This document shows, one piece after another, positions 48,490-57,890 of a stretch of 64,000 nt of DNA (its first letter is position 1; each line of letters opens with the position of its first letter). The notes beneath the pieces are model-generated. The model searched no databases. It saw only the letters and a program-made list of their open reading frames with translations, and was not told the DNA's origin. Both the position numbers and the translations under genes were made by a program. This stretch comes from Clostridia bacterium (GTDB lineage Bacteria; Bacillota; Clostridia; Christensenellales; CAG-314). Location: contig JAQVWG010000002.1 in the NCBI GenBank assembly GCA_028698585.1, positions 150,250-214,249 of the forward strand, in the 5' to 3' direction.

Positions 48490-49152
48490 ATGAACAGTAT
48501 TATTAAACTAGACAGAGTTGCATACCAGTACCACTATGAGCAACAGCCATTACTATGTGATGTTAGTTTCGAGTTACAGCAGGGACAGAGGGCAACTCTG
48601 CTTGCCAGTAGTCAAAGTGGTAAGAGCACCATTGCTAAACTCATTCTGGGTTTAATACAGCCCACAAGTGGCAATATATATTTTTGCGGTGCGCCATATA
48701 GTGATAGTACGCCAGATAAGGGTATACTATATATACCAGATAAACCACTGCTGTTTAAGAACAAAAGTGTAGCGTACAATGTCTCATACCCTTTAATAAT
48801 TAGAAAAGAGAGTGCTGATACTATACGTGATAAGACAGAGCTTATGCTACGCAAGTACCATTTAGACGGTAACACTAGGGCTGGTAAACTGTGCCTTGTA
48901 GATGCGTTCAAGGTAATATTTGCACGTGCAGATATGCGAACTCTTAAAATGCTCATTATAGACGATGTAAAGGAGCAGTATCAACAGGTAATGGATTACG
49001 TTGCGCATGTAGACTGTGCCGTGTTGAACTTGACATCTGATGTTGACAAGGTAATTGGTGACGTGATAATATTGGACGATAAAAAAACTACTGGGTTATG
49101 TACTCAAGAGGAATCCAGACTATATGTGCAACAGCACTATTGGATAAGGTAG
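48490..49152 (+). CDS. ABC-type ATPase-like protein with degenerate catalytic motifs (FtsE-like position)
   Basis: 220 aa. Walker A is retained (SSQSGKST). The Q-loop Gln, the LSGGQ signature (LCLVD here), the Walker B Glu (IIDDV) and the H-loop His (LTSD) are all substituted. Confidence 0.55.
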   Translation: MNSIIKLDRVAYQYHYEQQPLLCDVSFELQQGQRATLLASSQSGKSTIAKLILGLIQPTSGNIYFCGAPYSDSTPDKGILYIPDKPLLFKNKSVAYNVSYPLIIRKESADTIRDKTELMLRKYHLDGNTRAGKLCLVDAFKVIFARADMRTLKMLIIDDVKEQYQQVMDYVAHVDCAVLNLTSDVDKVIGDVIILDDKKTTGLCTQEESRLYVQQHYWIR

Positions 49153-49156
49153 GAGG

Positions 49157-50617
49157 ATGATTATGTTGAATAAGAAGAATGGATGCAGAATACTGATAAT
49201 TATATGCTTGATAGCAGTTATTATAACGCTGTCAGGCTGTCAGTTGGTTGATTATCTGTTAAAGTATAATCAGCCCACCGGAGCTAACGTACCTACAAGT
49301 GCAATAGATATTCTTGAGACAACGCTAGCCTACCTAACTGAGAGATACGTTGACGACTTGACAGATGAGGAGATTATGCGAGCCGCAGTTGCAGGCGCTA
49401 ATGCCATTATAGGATACTATGACGATTACGGTTATGTTCTCTCGCCTCAACAGTATTATGAGTTGCAGTACCCATCAACTGCTGTTAATGTCGATGAGTA
49501 TTTTGGGTTCTCCTTTCATCAAGTAGCATATCTAGGATTAGTTGTCTCCAGCGTGGAGTTGGATAGCAAAGCATATAAGGCAGGATTCCAGCCAGGCGAC
49601 ATTATCACTGATATTGTGCAGAGTATTGACCCAGTTGTGCATTACCAGTACGAGGATGACAACAACACTCTGCATGACCTAGATGTCAAGACTACTAGTT
49701 TATCTATTATATCTAGCGTACTCAATCAACAGGAATGTGCTTATTTCTATGTAACCAAGGGTGCCAGGTTGATTGATGGATTCTACGTCGGGGGTAATGA
49801 AATATTACCTATACTGTTGTATAGGGGATTGATTGAGAACACTAATAATCCTGATAACGAGTATCAATTTATAGAGTATTATATAGACAGCGACAATTGT
49901 AACGTGTCTATAGAGACTATCAGTTTCCGAAGCCTTAATAAGTTCGATGGCTCCAATGTAGGATATATTCATATCAGTTCGTTTGGCGAGGTATACAACG
50001 GCGAGAATCTGGTTACCGATACTAAACAAGAGATGAAAAAAGTAATGGATATAATGAGGTCTAATAACATCGATCAGGTAGTGATAGATGTCAAGGGTAA
50101 TCCCGGTGGCTCTATACAACAAATATTAGGTGTCGCATCCTTCCTGATATATGACGGTAATAAGCCTGTGGGAGAACAATATCTATGCGCTATTCTTGAG
50201 ACTAGAACGGAGTATAAGGAGTACAAGACTGTGTCGGTGTATGCTGACTATTTTGACACGAGCGACCCATTATCAGTAGTGATTCTTACCGATGGACATT
50301 CCGCATCTGCGTCCGAGATGTTGGTGGGGGTGTTGAACGGTTATGGCACGGGCGTACAAGTAGGCACGACTACATTTGGTAAGGGTATAGCACAGACATA
50401 TTATCCTATCAGTAAACCAGTTGAGATAATCGCACCCAATAACGCTACAGTATCATCATACTATGCCATATACTATACTTGTGCACACTATTACACTCCA
50501 ACTGCGGATGGTGGTAGAGTCTGTATCCATGGCGAAGGATTTACTCCTCTGGCAGAAAATACATTTGACGAGTATACAGACTTAATAGATAGAGCGATTG
50601 AACTGTTGGGTGACTAG
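49157..50617 (+). CDS. S41 family C-terminal processing peptidase, lipoprotein
   Basis: 486 aa. Lipobox LSGC, PDZ-like GFQPGDIIT, catalytic regions VIDVKGNPGGS, TDGHSASASEMLVG and TTFGKG. The start may be ATG 49163. Confidence 0.8.
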   Translation: MIMLNKKNGCRILIIICLIAVIITLSGCQLVDYLLKYNQPTGANVPTSAIDILETTLAYLTERYVDDLTDEEIMRAAVAGANAIIGYYDDYGYVLSPQQYYELQYPSTAVNVDEYFGFSFHQVAYLGLVVSSVELDSKAYKAGFQPGDIITDIVQSIDPVVHYQYEDDNNTLHDLDVKTTSLSIISSVLNQQECAYFYVTKGARLIDGFYVGGNEILPILLYRGLIENTNNPDNEYQFIEYYIDSDNCNVSIETISFRSLNKFDGSNVGYIHISSFGEVYNGENLVTDTKQEMKKVMDIMRSNNIDQVVIDVKGNPGGSIQQILGVASFLIYDGNKPVGEQYLCAILETRTEYKEYKTVSVYADYFDTSDPLSVVILTDGHSASASEMLVGVLNGYGTGVQVGTTTFGKGIAQTYYPISKPVEIIAPNNATVSSYYAIYYTCAHYYTPTADGGRVCIHGEGFTPLAENTFDEYTDLIDRAIELLGD

Positions 50618-50662
50618 CAGTCACTACATTTGACACTGTTATTTATAGTCATATAGTAATGA

Positions 50663-50687
50663 ACCCCATAAGTTGAACTTGTGGGGT
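50663..50687. terminator. Hairpin between convergent genes
   Basis: ACCCCATAAGT-TGA-ACTTGTGGGGT, an 11-bp stem with one G-U pair. Confidence 0.5.
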
Positions 50688-50762
50688 AACATTATGATAG
50701 GGCTGTTCTATATTACTTGCAACTTAGAGTAGGGCGAGTGCAATCAGAGAATTGTGCGATAC

Positions 50763-50993
50763 TTAGGTCTTAAGCAGTTGCTCAATTAAGCTGTTAAGTC
50801 GCTCTCGCTGTTGTGCATTGAGTATGGGTGACACTTTTTTGACGAACTCTTGAAGCTGCGCGTTAGTAAGTGAGCCATCCTTTTTTTGTCGCATAACAGT
50901 AGCAAATATATCTTTGACCAGTTCATTTTCACCTTTTTCTTGATAATACTTGGCTGTATTAGTTATCTGTTCTATTGGCGTTTGATTTTTCAT
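50763..50993 (-). CDS. Hypothetical small helical protein (76 aa)
   Basis: AGGAGAG SD. Charged helical sequence. No family recognised. Confidence 0.45.
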   Translation of the reverse strand: MKNQTPIEQITNTAKYYQEKGENELVKDIFATVMRQKKDGSLTNAQLQEFVKKVSPILNAQQRERLNSLIEQLLKT

Positions 50994-51083
50994 ATTACTC
51001 TCCTGTAATAAAGTTGTCTACACCATTCATTATATGCGTGCATACAATATATTGATTACATATTGAGCGAACAAGGGGATAAT

Positions 51084-52031
51084 ATGGGTATTTTACTTGC
51101 AGTCTTGGCTTTTTGGTTACTCAGTCGCAAAGCCGATGACGGTACCAAAAAAGATGGGTTAGATTTATCTAGCATACTGGGCGGTGGCTCCGGAGGGGGT
51201 GATATTTTCTCTATGCTGGGCAAACTAGGTAATGACAGCGATAGAACTAATGTATTGCTTGAGTTATTATCTAATCCATTCGTTATGGAGATGCTTAAGA
51301 ATATAATAGGCTCTAAGAGTAGTAGTAGCGAAACTAGCGCAGAATCAACTGACACTCAACGCTCAGACAATAAGACGGACGCACCAATCAATACGGGTAA
51401 CAATAATAGTGTGTCGAACGGTGATAGTAACGGTCAATATACTGAATGGTCTACTGACCACCCTCAACAATCGGTCACTCAATCACAATGGACGAACGGC
51501 GCTGTACAGCAGTACGCTACCAACGCTACACAACAACCTACTAGTAGCGTACAACATTATCCAAGTGCCTCACAACAGCCGAATAATAACTCGCAACAAT
51601 ATGTAAGTCCCGCACAGCAATTAAATAGTAACGCACAGTATGCTACATACTCGCAGCTAGGTGGTAGTACTCAAGAACCAACTAACAATAAAGGACAGTA
51701 TATAAGTCCTATGCAACAGCCTAGTAACTATGCTTTACGCAATAACACCCAAGAACAACCCGACAATATCCAGCAGAACAATATTACCCACTTGGACTAT
51801 GCCTCCATGCCTACTATATGGCAAAGTGACACCTATACCAAAATTACTACGGATGAACACTCAGCCAATGGCAAAGAGAATAACGATTCACCCAAGGCTA
51901 ACGCTAATGCGCCTGCTCATGCTCCCCATGTGGGTCAACGGGAATACTTTTTTGCACCGATAGATCAAGTTGCCACACTAGAGATTAAGCAGGAGTTATA
52001 TAAGTACTACGATAACTGGTACATAAGATAA
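51084..52031 (+). CDS. Hypothetical membrane-anchored protein with a long Q/N/S/T-rich low-complexity region
   Basis: Start at ATG 51084 after an AAGGGG SD. N-terminal TM ILLAVLAFWLL. About 200 aa of Q/N-rich imperfect repeats. Conserved-looking C-terminus REYFFAPIDQVATLEIKQELYKYYDNWYIR. Confidence 0.5.
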   Translation: MGILLAVLAFWLLSRKADDGTKKDGLDLSSILGGGSGGGDIFSMLGKLGNDSDRTNVLLELLSNPFVMEMLKNIIGSKSSSSETSAESTDTQRSDNKTDAPINTGNNNSVSNGDSNGQYTEWSTDHPQQSVTQSQWTNGAVQQYATNATQQPTSSVQHYPSASQQPNNNSQQYVSPAQQLNSNAQYATYSQLGGSTQEPTNNKGQYISPMQQPSNYALRNNTQEQPDNIQQNNITHLDYASMPTIWQSDTYTKITTDEHSANGKENNDSPKANANAPAHAPHVGQREYFFAPIDQVATLEIKQELYKYYDNWYIR

Positions 52032-52384
52032 AAAGAACGCTTGCTAATATAACAAGCAGTCAGATACTATTAATTATGTAATTGATGTTGACAGAATAGT
52101 TATCAAAAAATAACTTCACTATGCCCCGTTATTACGTGATGATTAGTGTCTAGATATGGTTCATAAGTATCAAGTCCGTTTACATAATTATATATTCTGC
52201 ACATCTCTAATAATGAATGTTAGGCTTATGTGAGTTAGCCCTATTGAGCCCGTGTCTAGTAGCTTATGGGTTTATTGTATAAATAGTTACGTCGTTATTA
52301 CCTCGACAGTATTCAGTTAAGACAATTCTAGTCAACGAAGTTTAGTAATTAAGTTGGTATAGCTTATCATCAAGTATATTCTTC

Positions 52385-52541
52385 GGCAATTATTCCTATT
52401 GCATTAAGCAGTGTATAGCACTCTTGAATAGTATTCTCACCTGATATCAATGTGATATGCGATATCAATTACTCTCTTTGGCAATTTTTTCTATTGCATT
52501 AAGCAGTGTATAGCACTCTTGCATAGTATTCTCACCCGATA
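52385..52541. repeat. 95-bp-period duplication of the 3' end of the cysteine desulfurase-family gene
   Basis: The 62-nt segment at 52480-52541 (last codons of the gene) recurs at 52385-52446, beyond the stop codon, with 4 mismatches. Confidence 0.9.
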
Positions 52542-53601
52542 GGCTTATGCGAGTCAATCCTAACTTATCAGTCAACAAATGTTTATGCGTGAGGGGGGCA
52601 CAATGCAGTCCACTGCGAGTGGCAATATCATAATTATCATCTAGCAGTTGGGAGACTGTCTGGCTGTCCACGCCGTCTATCTCGAAGGAAACAATGCCAC
52701 TGTGATTGATTACTGAATATACTCTACATTTGTCAATCTGCGCTATCTGGGCATGAACAAGTTTCTGCATATTGTCTATATTGGGCAGGTTGTCTCGCCT
52801 TGTCTTAATCCACCAATCTATTGCGCTAGATAGACTGACTACGCCAGGGGCATTTAGCGTGCCTACTTCGAGGCCTTCTGGTGCAGTGGTGGGCTGATAC
52901 AAGTTGGTGCTATCACTGCCTGTGCCACCGTACATTATGGACTGTGGCTTGAACTGATTATCAAAACACATAACACCACAGCCCTGCAATCCATGAAGTC
53001 CCTTGTGCGCAGGAAAACACAGAATGCTTATGCACTGCTTCTGCATATCGATGGGTATATAACCTATGCTTTGCGCACCGTCAACAAGAAAAAGTATGTG
53101 GTAGGGTTGCAGTAATCTGCCTATATTTTCTATGTCTTGCGTTACGCCTGTAACGTTATTGACATGCCCTAGTACTACCATATATGTATTGTTTTTAATC
53201 GCTTTACTCACTTGCTCAACGCTAATAAGGCCGTTAGTATCAGGCGTTAACAATGTCAACTCCACCACACCTCTCTTGCGTAGTTCCATCAACGGACGAA
53301 TGATACTGTTATGTTCGTTGGCTGTGGTAATAATATGACCGTTTCGACGTACGCTACCCAGTATGCCCATATTGAGAGCGTGCGTGCAATTAAGACCGAA
53401 AACAACGTTTTCGCTACTGCTCGCATTGACCAGTTCGGCTACATTGGTGCGTGTATCGAACACCTTTTTTGACACCGACATAGCGCCTCTGTGACCACTG
53501 CGATTGGCACTGAAGCAATTAGTTGTCATGCATTCTAACGCCGTAGAGACGACTTCTGGGGGCTTATAATGGGTAGTTGCTGCGTTGTCTAGATAAATCA
53601 T
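52465..53601 (-). CDS. Cysteine desulfurase family protein (class V aminotransferase fold)
   Basis: 378 aa. IYLDNAATT, PLP-lysine region FPAHKGLHGLQG, C-terminal active-site loop RSGLHCAPL. AAGGAG SD. Confidence 0.75.
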   Translation of the reverse strand: MIYLDNAATTHYKPPEVVSTALECMTTNCFSANRSGHRGAMSVSKKVFDTRTNVAELVNASSSENVVFGLNCTHALNMGILGSVRRNGHIITTANEHNSIIRPLMELRKRGVVELTLLTPDTNGLISVEQVSKAIKNNTYMVVLGHVNNVTGVTQDIENIGRLLQPYHILFLVDGAQSIGYIPIDMQKQCISILCFPAHKGLHGLQGCGVMCFDNQFKPQSIMYGGTGSDSTNLYQPTTAPEGLEVGTLNAPGVVSLSSAIDWWIKTRRDNLPNIDNMQKLVHAQIAQIDKCRVYSVINHSGIVSFEIDGVDSQTVSQLLDDNYDIATRSGLHCAPLTHKHLLTDKLGLTRISLSGENTMQECYTLLNAIEKIAKESN

Positions 53602-53850
53602 TTATTTTTACTCCTTTATATCGTGTGTAAACTCAACTCTTATATTCGCAGACACCATTGGGTAATTAACAACATTCTTTACCACATTTGCCACCTTGAC
53701 GCATACATTAAACTGTGGCGTATGATATATCTGCGACATGATTGTTTTCACACTATTGCCTTATTAATAGTATAGTGATAGTAGGCTTAAATGTATGACA
53801 CAATGCGTTAATAACTTGACTGCTAGCGTTACATAAGAGGGAGGTAAATT

Positions 53851-54105
53851 ATGAGTTATATGTTTGTCTCCTTTGTCAGTAGGACGGTTACGCTACGAGC
53901 ATACAATCATCTAGTTGACAATGGGGTCAGTTGTTCAATCATCTCAACACCTACGCAAGCTAACGTTGGGTGTGGAATATCTGTTGGATTCGAGGAAAAT
54001 GCGTACGATAGTGTGCTGTCCTTGTTGGGTTACTCTCATCCTGCACTGGCAGGGTATTTTCGCGTTACAAGACTAGGTAACAAGAGGATAGTGATTAGGG
54101 TTTGA
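53851..54105 (+). CDS. DUF3343 domain protein (putative S/Se carrier-like)
   Basis: 84 aa, with a pattern typical of the family (FVSRTVTLRAYNHLVDNGVSCSIISTP...VGCGISVGF). Divergent from a cysteine desulfurase gene, a common pairing. GGGAGG SD. Confidence 0.6.
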   Translation: MSYMFVSFVSRTVTLRAYNHLVDNGVSCSIISTPTQANVGCGISVGFEENAYDSVLSLLGYSHPALAGYFRVTRLGNKRIVIRV

Positions 54106-54164
54106 GATTTTTGATTCAATATGTCAAAATGGGCAGAAGAACTATTTTCTTTTGCTCATATTTA

Positions 54165-54173
54165 TGTTATAAT
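54165..54173 (+). promoter_or_regulatory. Extended -10 promoter element of nth; predicts a leaderless mRNA
   Basis: TGtTATAAT (54165-54173), 7 nt, ATG 54181. No SD before either candidate start. Confidence 0.5.
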
Positions 54174-54180
54174 TCACTAT

Positions 54181-54834
54181 ATGGAACACACTAACACGAT
54201 ACTGGATATATTGGCCAAGTTATACCCTGATGCCAAGAGCGAATTGCATTTTGACAGCCATTACCAACTGCTTGTCGCTGTGATTCTGTCTGCTCAATGC
54301 ACAGATAAACGAGTAAATGAGATTACCAGAACTCTGTTTACGCTCGCAGGCACGCCACAACAGATGGAAGAATTACCTATAGAGAGATTAGAGGAGATAA
54401 TATATTCCTGCGGGTTCTATCACAACAAGGCAAAGTATATTAAACAATGTACACACGATATAATGGATAAGTATAACGGTCAAGTGCCCAATAACCTCCT
54501 GCAACTGCAACAGTTGGCAGGGGTTGGGCGCAAGACTGCCAATGTGGTATACGCTGTTGCATTCGGTGGACAAGCTATAGCAGTTGATACCCACGTGTAC
54601 AGAGTCTCTAATAGATTGGGTCTTACTAATGCTAACAACGTGCTTGACACCGAGAAGCAGTTGATGAGTGTTATTGCTAGGGAGATGTGGTCTCAAGCCC
54701 ACCATTATATACTGCTGCATGGCAGATATGTGTGCGCAAGTCGACGCCCTCGGTGCAATCAGTGTCCGTTGACACTTTATTGTAAATATTATGCGCAAAA
54801 TACAGGACAAGTTGACAATAATAAGGTAGAATAA
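54181..54834 (+). CDS. nth: Endonuclease III
   Basis: HhH-GPD fold: LSAQCTDKRVN, LQQLAGVGRKTANVV, VDTHVYRVSNRLG. [4Fe-4S] loop CASRRPRCNQCPLTLYC. Orthologues normally start near MEHTNTILDIL, so the ORF-track start at 54121 is less likely. Confidence 0.85.
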   Translation: MEHTNTILDILAKLYPDAKSELHFDSHYQLLVAVILSAQCTDKRVNEITRTLFTLAGTPQQMEELPIERLEEIIYSCGFYHNKAKYIKQCTHDIMDKYNGQVPNNLLQLQQLAGVGRKTANVVYAVAFGGQAIAVDTHVYRVSNRLGLTNANNVLDTEKQLMSVIAREMWSQAHHYILLHGRYVCASRRPRCNQCPLTLYCKYYAQNTGQVDNNKVE

Positions 54835-55084
54835 CTCAAGCATGCATTAAGATATATAGTCAGTAATTGTATGCGATGAGCATACACTCATTTCAAGCTG
54901 TCAGACCTGCCCGCAGACTTAAGGTAGATTAACTCAGCCAATATGTAACAAGGTGAATTGTCAATAACTCGCTCAGAAGGTATATAACAAGTATTACGGG
55001 CGACTCGACCAATATTATGGGTTATTAAGTATTTATTACACCTGTGATATATTATCAGTCAGCGAGCCATAAGGAAAGGAATAA

Positions 55085-56350
55085 ATGTTTCTAGATAATG
55101 TTAAGATTGTAATTAAGAGTGGTAACGGCGGTAACGGTAGCGTATCATTCCACACGGAGAAGTTCGTCCCTAACGGTGGGCCGGACGGTGGAGACGGTGG
55201 TAATGGAGGCAGTATAGTTTTCGTGGCTAGTACTTCGGTCAACACACTCAACGACTTCTACTATAAACGCAAGTATTACGCACCAGATGGTGCCAACGGC
55301 AGTGGCAAGAAATGCTTCGGCAAGAAAGGGCAGGACATGATAATTACTGTGCCTGTTGGTACAGTTATTAAGGACTATCAAACGGGCAGTATTATAGCAG
55401 ATATGTTCGCACCTAATCAACATACAGTCGTGCTGAAGGGCGGAAAGGGCGGTAGAGGTAACTATCACTTCGCAACGCCACGCAGACAAGCGCCACATTT
55501 CGCACAAAATGGCGAACAAACCAAGGAGAGGGAAATAACGCTAGAACTCAAGACAATAGCTGATGTAGGTCTGATAGGATATCCCAACGTGGGTAAATCC
55601 ACGTTATTGTCCGTTGTGAGTAATGCCAACCCCAAGATTGCCGACTATCACTTTACTACGCTTAATCCTAACCTAGGCGTTGTGTTGCACTATAATAAGA
55701 CTTTCGTCGTAGCAGACATACCCGGACTGATTGAGGGCGCAAGTCAAGGCGTTGGTCTAGGACACTCTTTCCTGCGACATATAGAGCGCACTAGACTGCT
55801 CGTGCACATAGTAGATATATCTGGTAGTGAACAGCGTGACCCAATAGAGGACTTTAACGCTATCAATAAGGAGTTGTGCGATTACAGTAAATTATTGTCT
55901 ACCTTGCCACAGATTGTGGTCGCCAATAAGATGGATATGCCTAATGCAGAAGATAATCTAGTCAAGTTTACCGAGCGTTTTGGTGATCAATATAAGATTT
56001 TTCCTACCATGACAGCTATCAATGAGGGCATTAAACCGTTATTAGATGAGATAGTTAGAGTATTAGATACATTAGCTCCGATTGCGCCTATTGAATATCA
56101 GCCATTCGAGTATGAACGAGAGGATACGTTCAGTTATGCCGTTGTGCAGTTAGATAAGGGTGTGTATGAAGTGAGTGGGGGATTTATTGACAACCTAGCC
56201 CGTAAGATATATCTTGATGATACAGACAGTTTCAGATATTTTCAAAACATTCTTAAGAAGCGTGGCGTGATAGACGCACTTAAAGAAAAGGGTATGCAAG
56301 AGGGCGATACAGTGGTTATTGCCGATATAGAGTTCGAATATATGGAGTAA
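55085..56350 (+). CDS. obg: GTPase Obg/CgtA
   Basis: 421 aa. Gly-rich Obg fold (GGNGGNGSVSF, GGPDGGDGGNGG), G motifs GYPNVGKST, DIPGLIEGA, NKMD, and a C-terminal OCT domain. Confidence 0.9.
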   Translation: MFLDNVKIVIKSGNGGNGSVSFHTEKFVPNGGPDGGDGGNGGSIVFVASTSVNTLNDFYYKRKYYAPDGANGSGKKCFGKKGQDMIITVPVGTVIKDYQTGSIIADMFAPNQHTVVLKGGKGGRGNYHFATPRRQAPHFAQNGEQTKEREITLELKTIADVGLIGYPNVGKSTLLSVVSNANPKIADYHFTTLNPNLGVVLHYNKTFVVADIPGLIEGASQGVGLGHSFLRHIERTRLLVHIVDISGSEQRDPIEDFNAINKELCDYSKLLSTLPQIVVANKMDMPNAEDNLVKFTERFGDQYKIFPTMTAINEGIKPLLDEIVRVLDTLAPIAPIEYQPFEYEREDTFSYAVVQLDKGVYEVSGGFIDNLARKIYLDDTDSFRYFQNILKKRGVIDALKEKGMQEGDTVVIADIEFEYME

Positions 56351-56355
56351 TTGAA

Positions 56356-56643
56356 TTGACGACTAAACAAAGGAGTATATTGCGTGCTAAGGGTAACGTC
56401 CTTAAGGCAACAATCAATATAGGCAAGTTGGGACTATCTGACAACTTGCTTGCAGAAATAGATACTTGGCTATACAATAACGAGATAGTCAAGATTGCTA
56501 TGCTCAAGAGTAGTCCACTAGATGTTAAGAACGCCGTTGAGCAGATATGCAGTGCTATTAACTGCGAGTGTGTAAGCATAGTTGGCGGTAAAGCCGTATT
56601 ATACAAGTACAGCGACAAGCAGGATATCGAGCATATATTGTAA
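56356..56643 (+). CDS. yhbY: Ribosome assembly RNA-binding protein YhbY (CRM domain)
   Basis: 95 aa. LTTKQRSILRAKGNVLKATINIGKLGLSDNLLAEI matches the YhbY N-terminal consensus. TTG start with a GGAG SD. Confidence 0.8.
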   Translation: MTTKQRSILRAKGNVLKATINIGKLGLSDNLLAEIDTWLYNNEIVKIAMLKSSPLDVKNAVEQICSAINCECVSIVGGKAVLYKYSDKQDIEHIL

Positions 56644-57010
56644 CCTTATCTTACATATAGCAATCAGTTGATATGCTGTAAGCGTAAATGACCGTTAGGC
56701 TATTAATCGCACTCATAATATTAAGCGACAATGCACTGTTGATTGCACGCAACTTAGGCATAGTTTAATTTATATATCTAACTCCTGCGACATTGTTTGC
56801 CTGTTAATCAGTAATGTTTACCTTAAAACAACTATATAATTGCGCTGTTGATTCTTGCATGCCTATTATGATTAATCGAATATAATTACATAGCTGTACT
56901 AATAATAGCGAGCAAACTATTAAGCATAAGTGAATACGATTGTTTATTAGTAAGAGTTGAATATTATGTAAATAGATATTGATATGTGTACGCACCCAGT
57001 CGTGGTAGTA

Positions 57011-57793
57011 TCAACTGAACAGGTCCTGTGCTGATGATGCAGAGTTGAACCTAGTGTTGAACTTGCTGTATAGCGCCAAGGCGAATAGTATTGTCGCTAT
57101 GGCCAAGTTATAGTATGGCAGGAAGGAGAACAGGGAGAAGATTGCTATGAATATAGCAGAGGTTAAGTAATAACCGAATCTGCTCTTAGATAGGGCGAGG
57201 CTCAAAAAAGCACTTGCCCTTTTATATTTTCTAGCACTGTCAACAGGGGGACAGATATCGTATTTGATTAACAATTCATACACTTTTTGCCCATCCATAA
57301 TGCGATAGTCTATACCTGTCGTTCGCGCTAACACGTGGGCGCTTGCGTCACATTGATTACAGAATACAACTAGCGTTGAGCATTTAAGGTGTCGCATTAA
57401 CTTGATGTATTCTGCCATTTTGACATCCGTTAATGGAGCAAAGTTGAAGTCTATCATAACTAGCAGAACAATCTCTTCTTTTTTGGCCAACAGATAGCAG
57501 TCATATCTAGTTACTATGTAACCGTTAATGTCCATAATGTCTGCCACCAGTCCCGTACACTCGTTAAGAGCGAGATAGGTCTTGAGTCTGTCGATTTTTT
57601 TGACATTTTCTATGTTATGACTTTTTCTGTTCTCACGCCCAAACACAATATAGGTCAATAGTGCAATCAGCGTGGCAGTTACCATACCGACTACTGCAGA
57701 TAGACTCACCACCTGTGTATAGTAGTAGAACCAGCAAAAAACCAGCAGAAAAGTGCCAAACGATATGAATATGGTGTTGAAGAATCTTCTCAT
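57011..57793 (-). CDS. Hypothetical membrane protein with a central degenerate Mrr-cat-like (restriction endonuclease fold) domain
   Basis: 260 aa. Two N-terminal and two C-terminal TM helices flank a ~130-aa soluble domain. Its secondary-structure pattern (IVLLVMIDF...STLVVFCNQCDASA...IDYRIMDGQKVYELL) recalls Mrr_cat, but no PD-(D/E)xK residues are visible. Tentative. Confidence 0.4.
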   Translation of the reverse strand: MRRFFNTIFISFGTFLLVFCWFYYYTQVVSLSAVVGMVTATLIALLTYIVFGRENRKSHNIENVKKIDRLKTYLALNECTGLVADIMDINGYIVTRYDCYLLAKKEEIVLLVMIDFNFAPLTDVKMAEYIKLMRHLKCSTLVVFCNQCDASAHVLARTTGIDYRIMDGQKVYELLIKYDICPPVDSARKYKRASAFLSLALSKSRFGYYLTSAIFIAIFSLFSFLPYYNLAIATILFALALYSKFNTRFNSASSAQDLFS

Positions 57794-57890
57794 AACACAA
57801 TTTTTGACACATATGGCACATAATATTCTTGACGGCGAACATTATCCAAGTTATGCGTATGCATAAATGATAAAAAGTTGTTCCTTTTTG

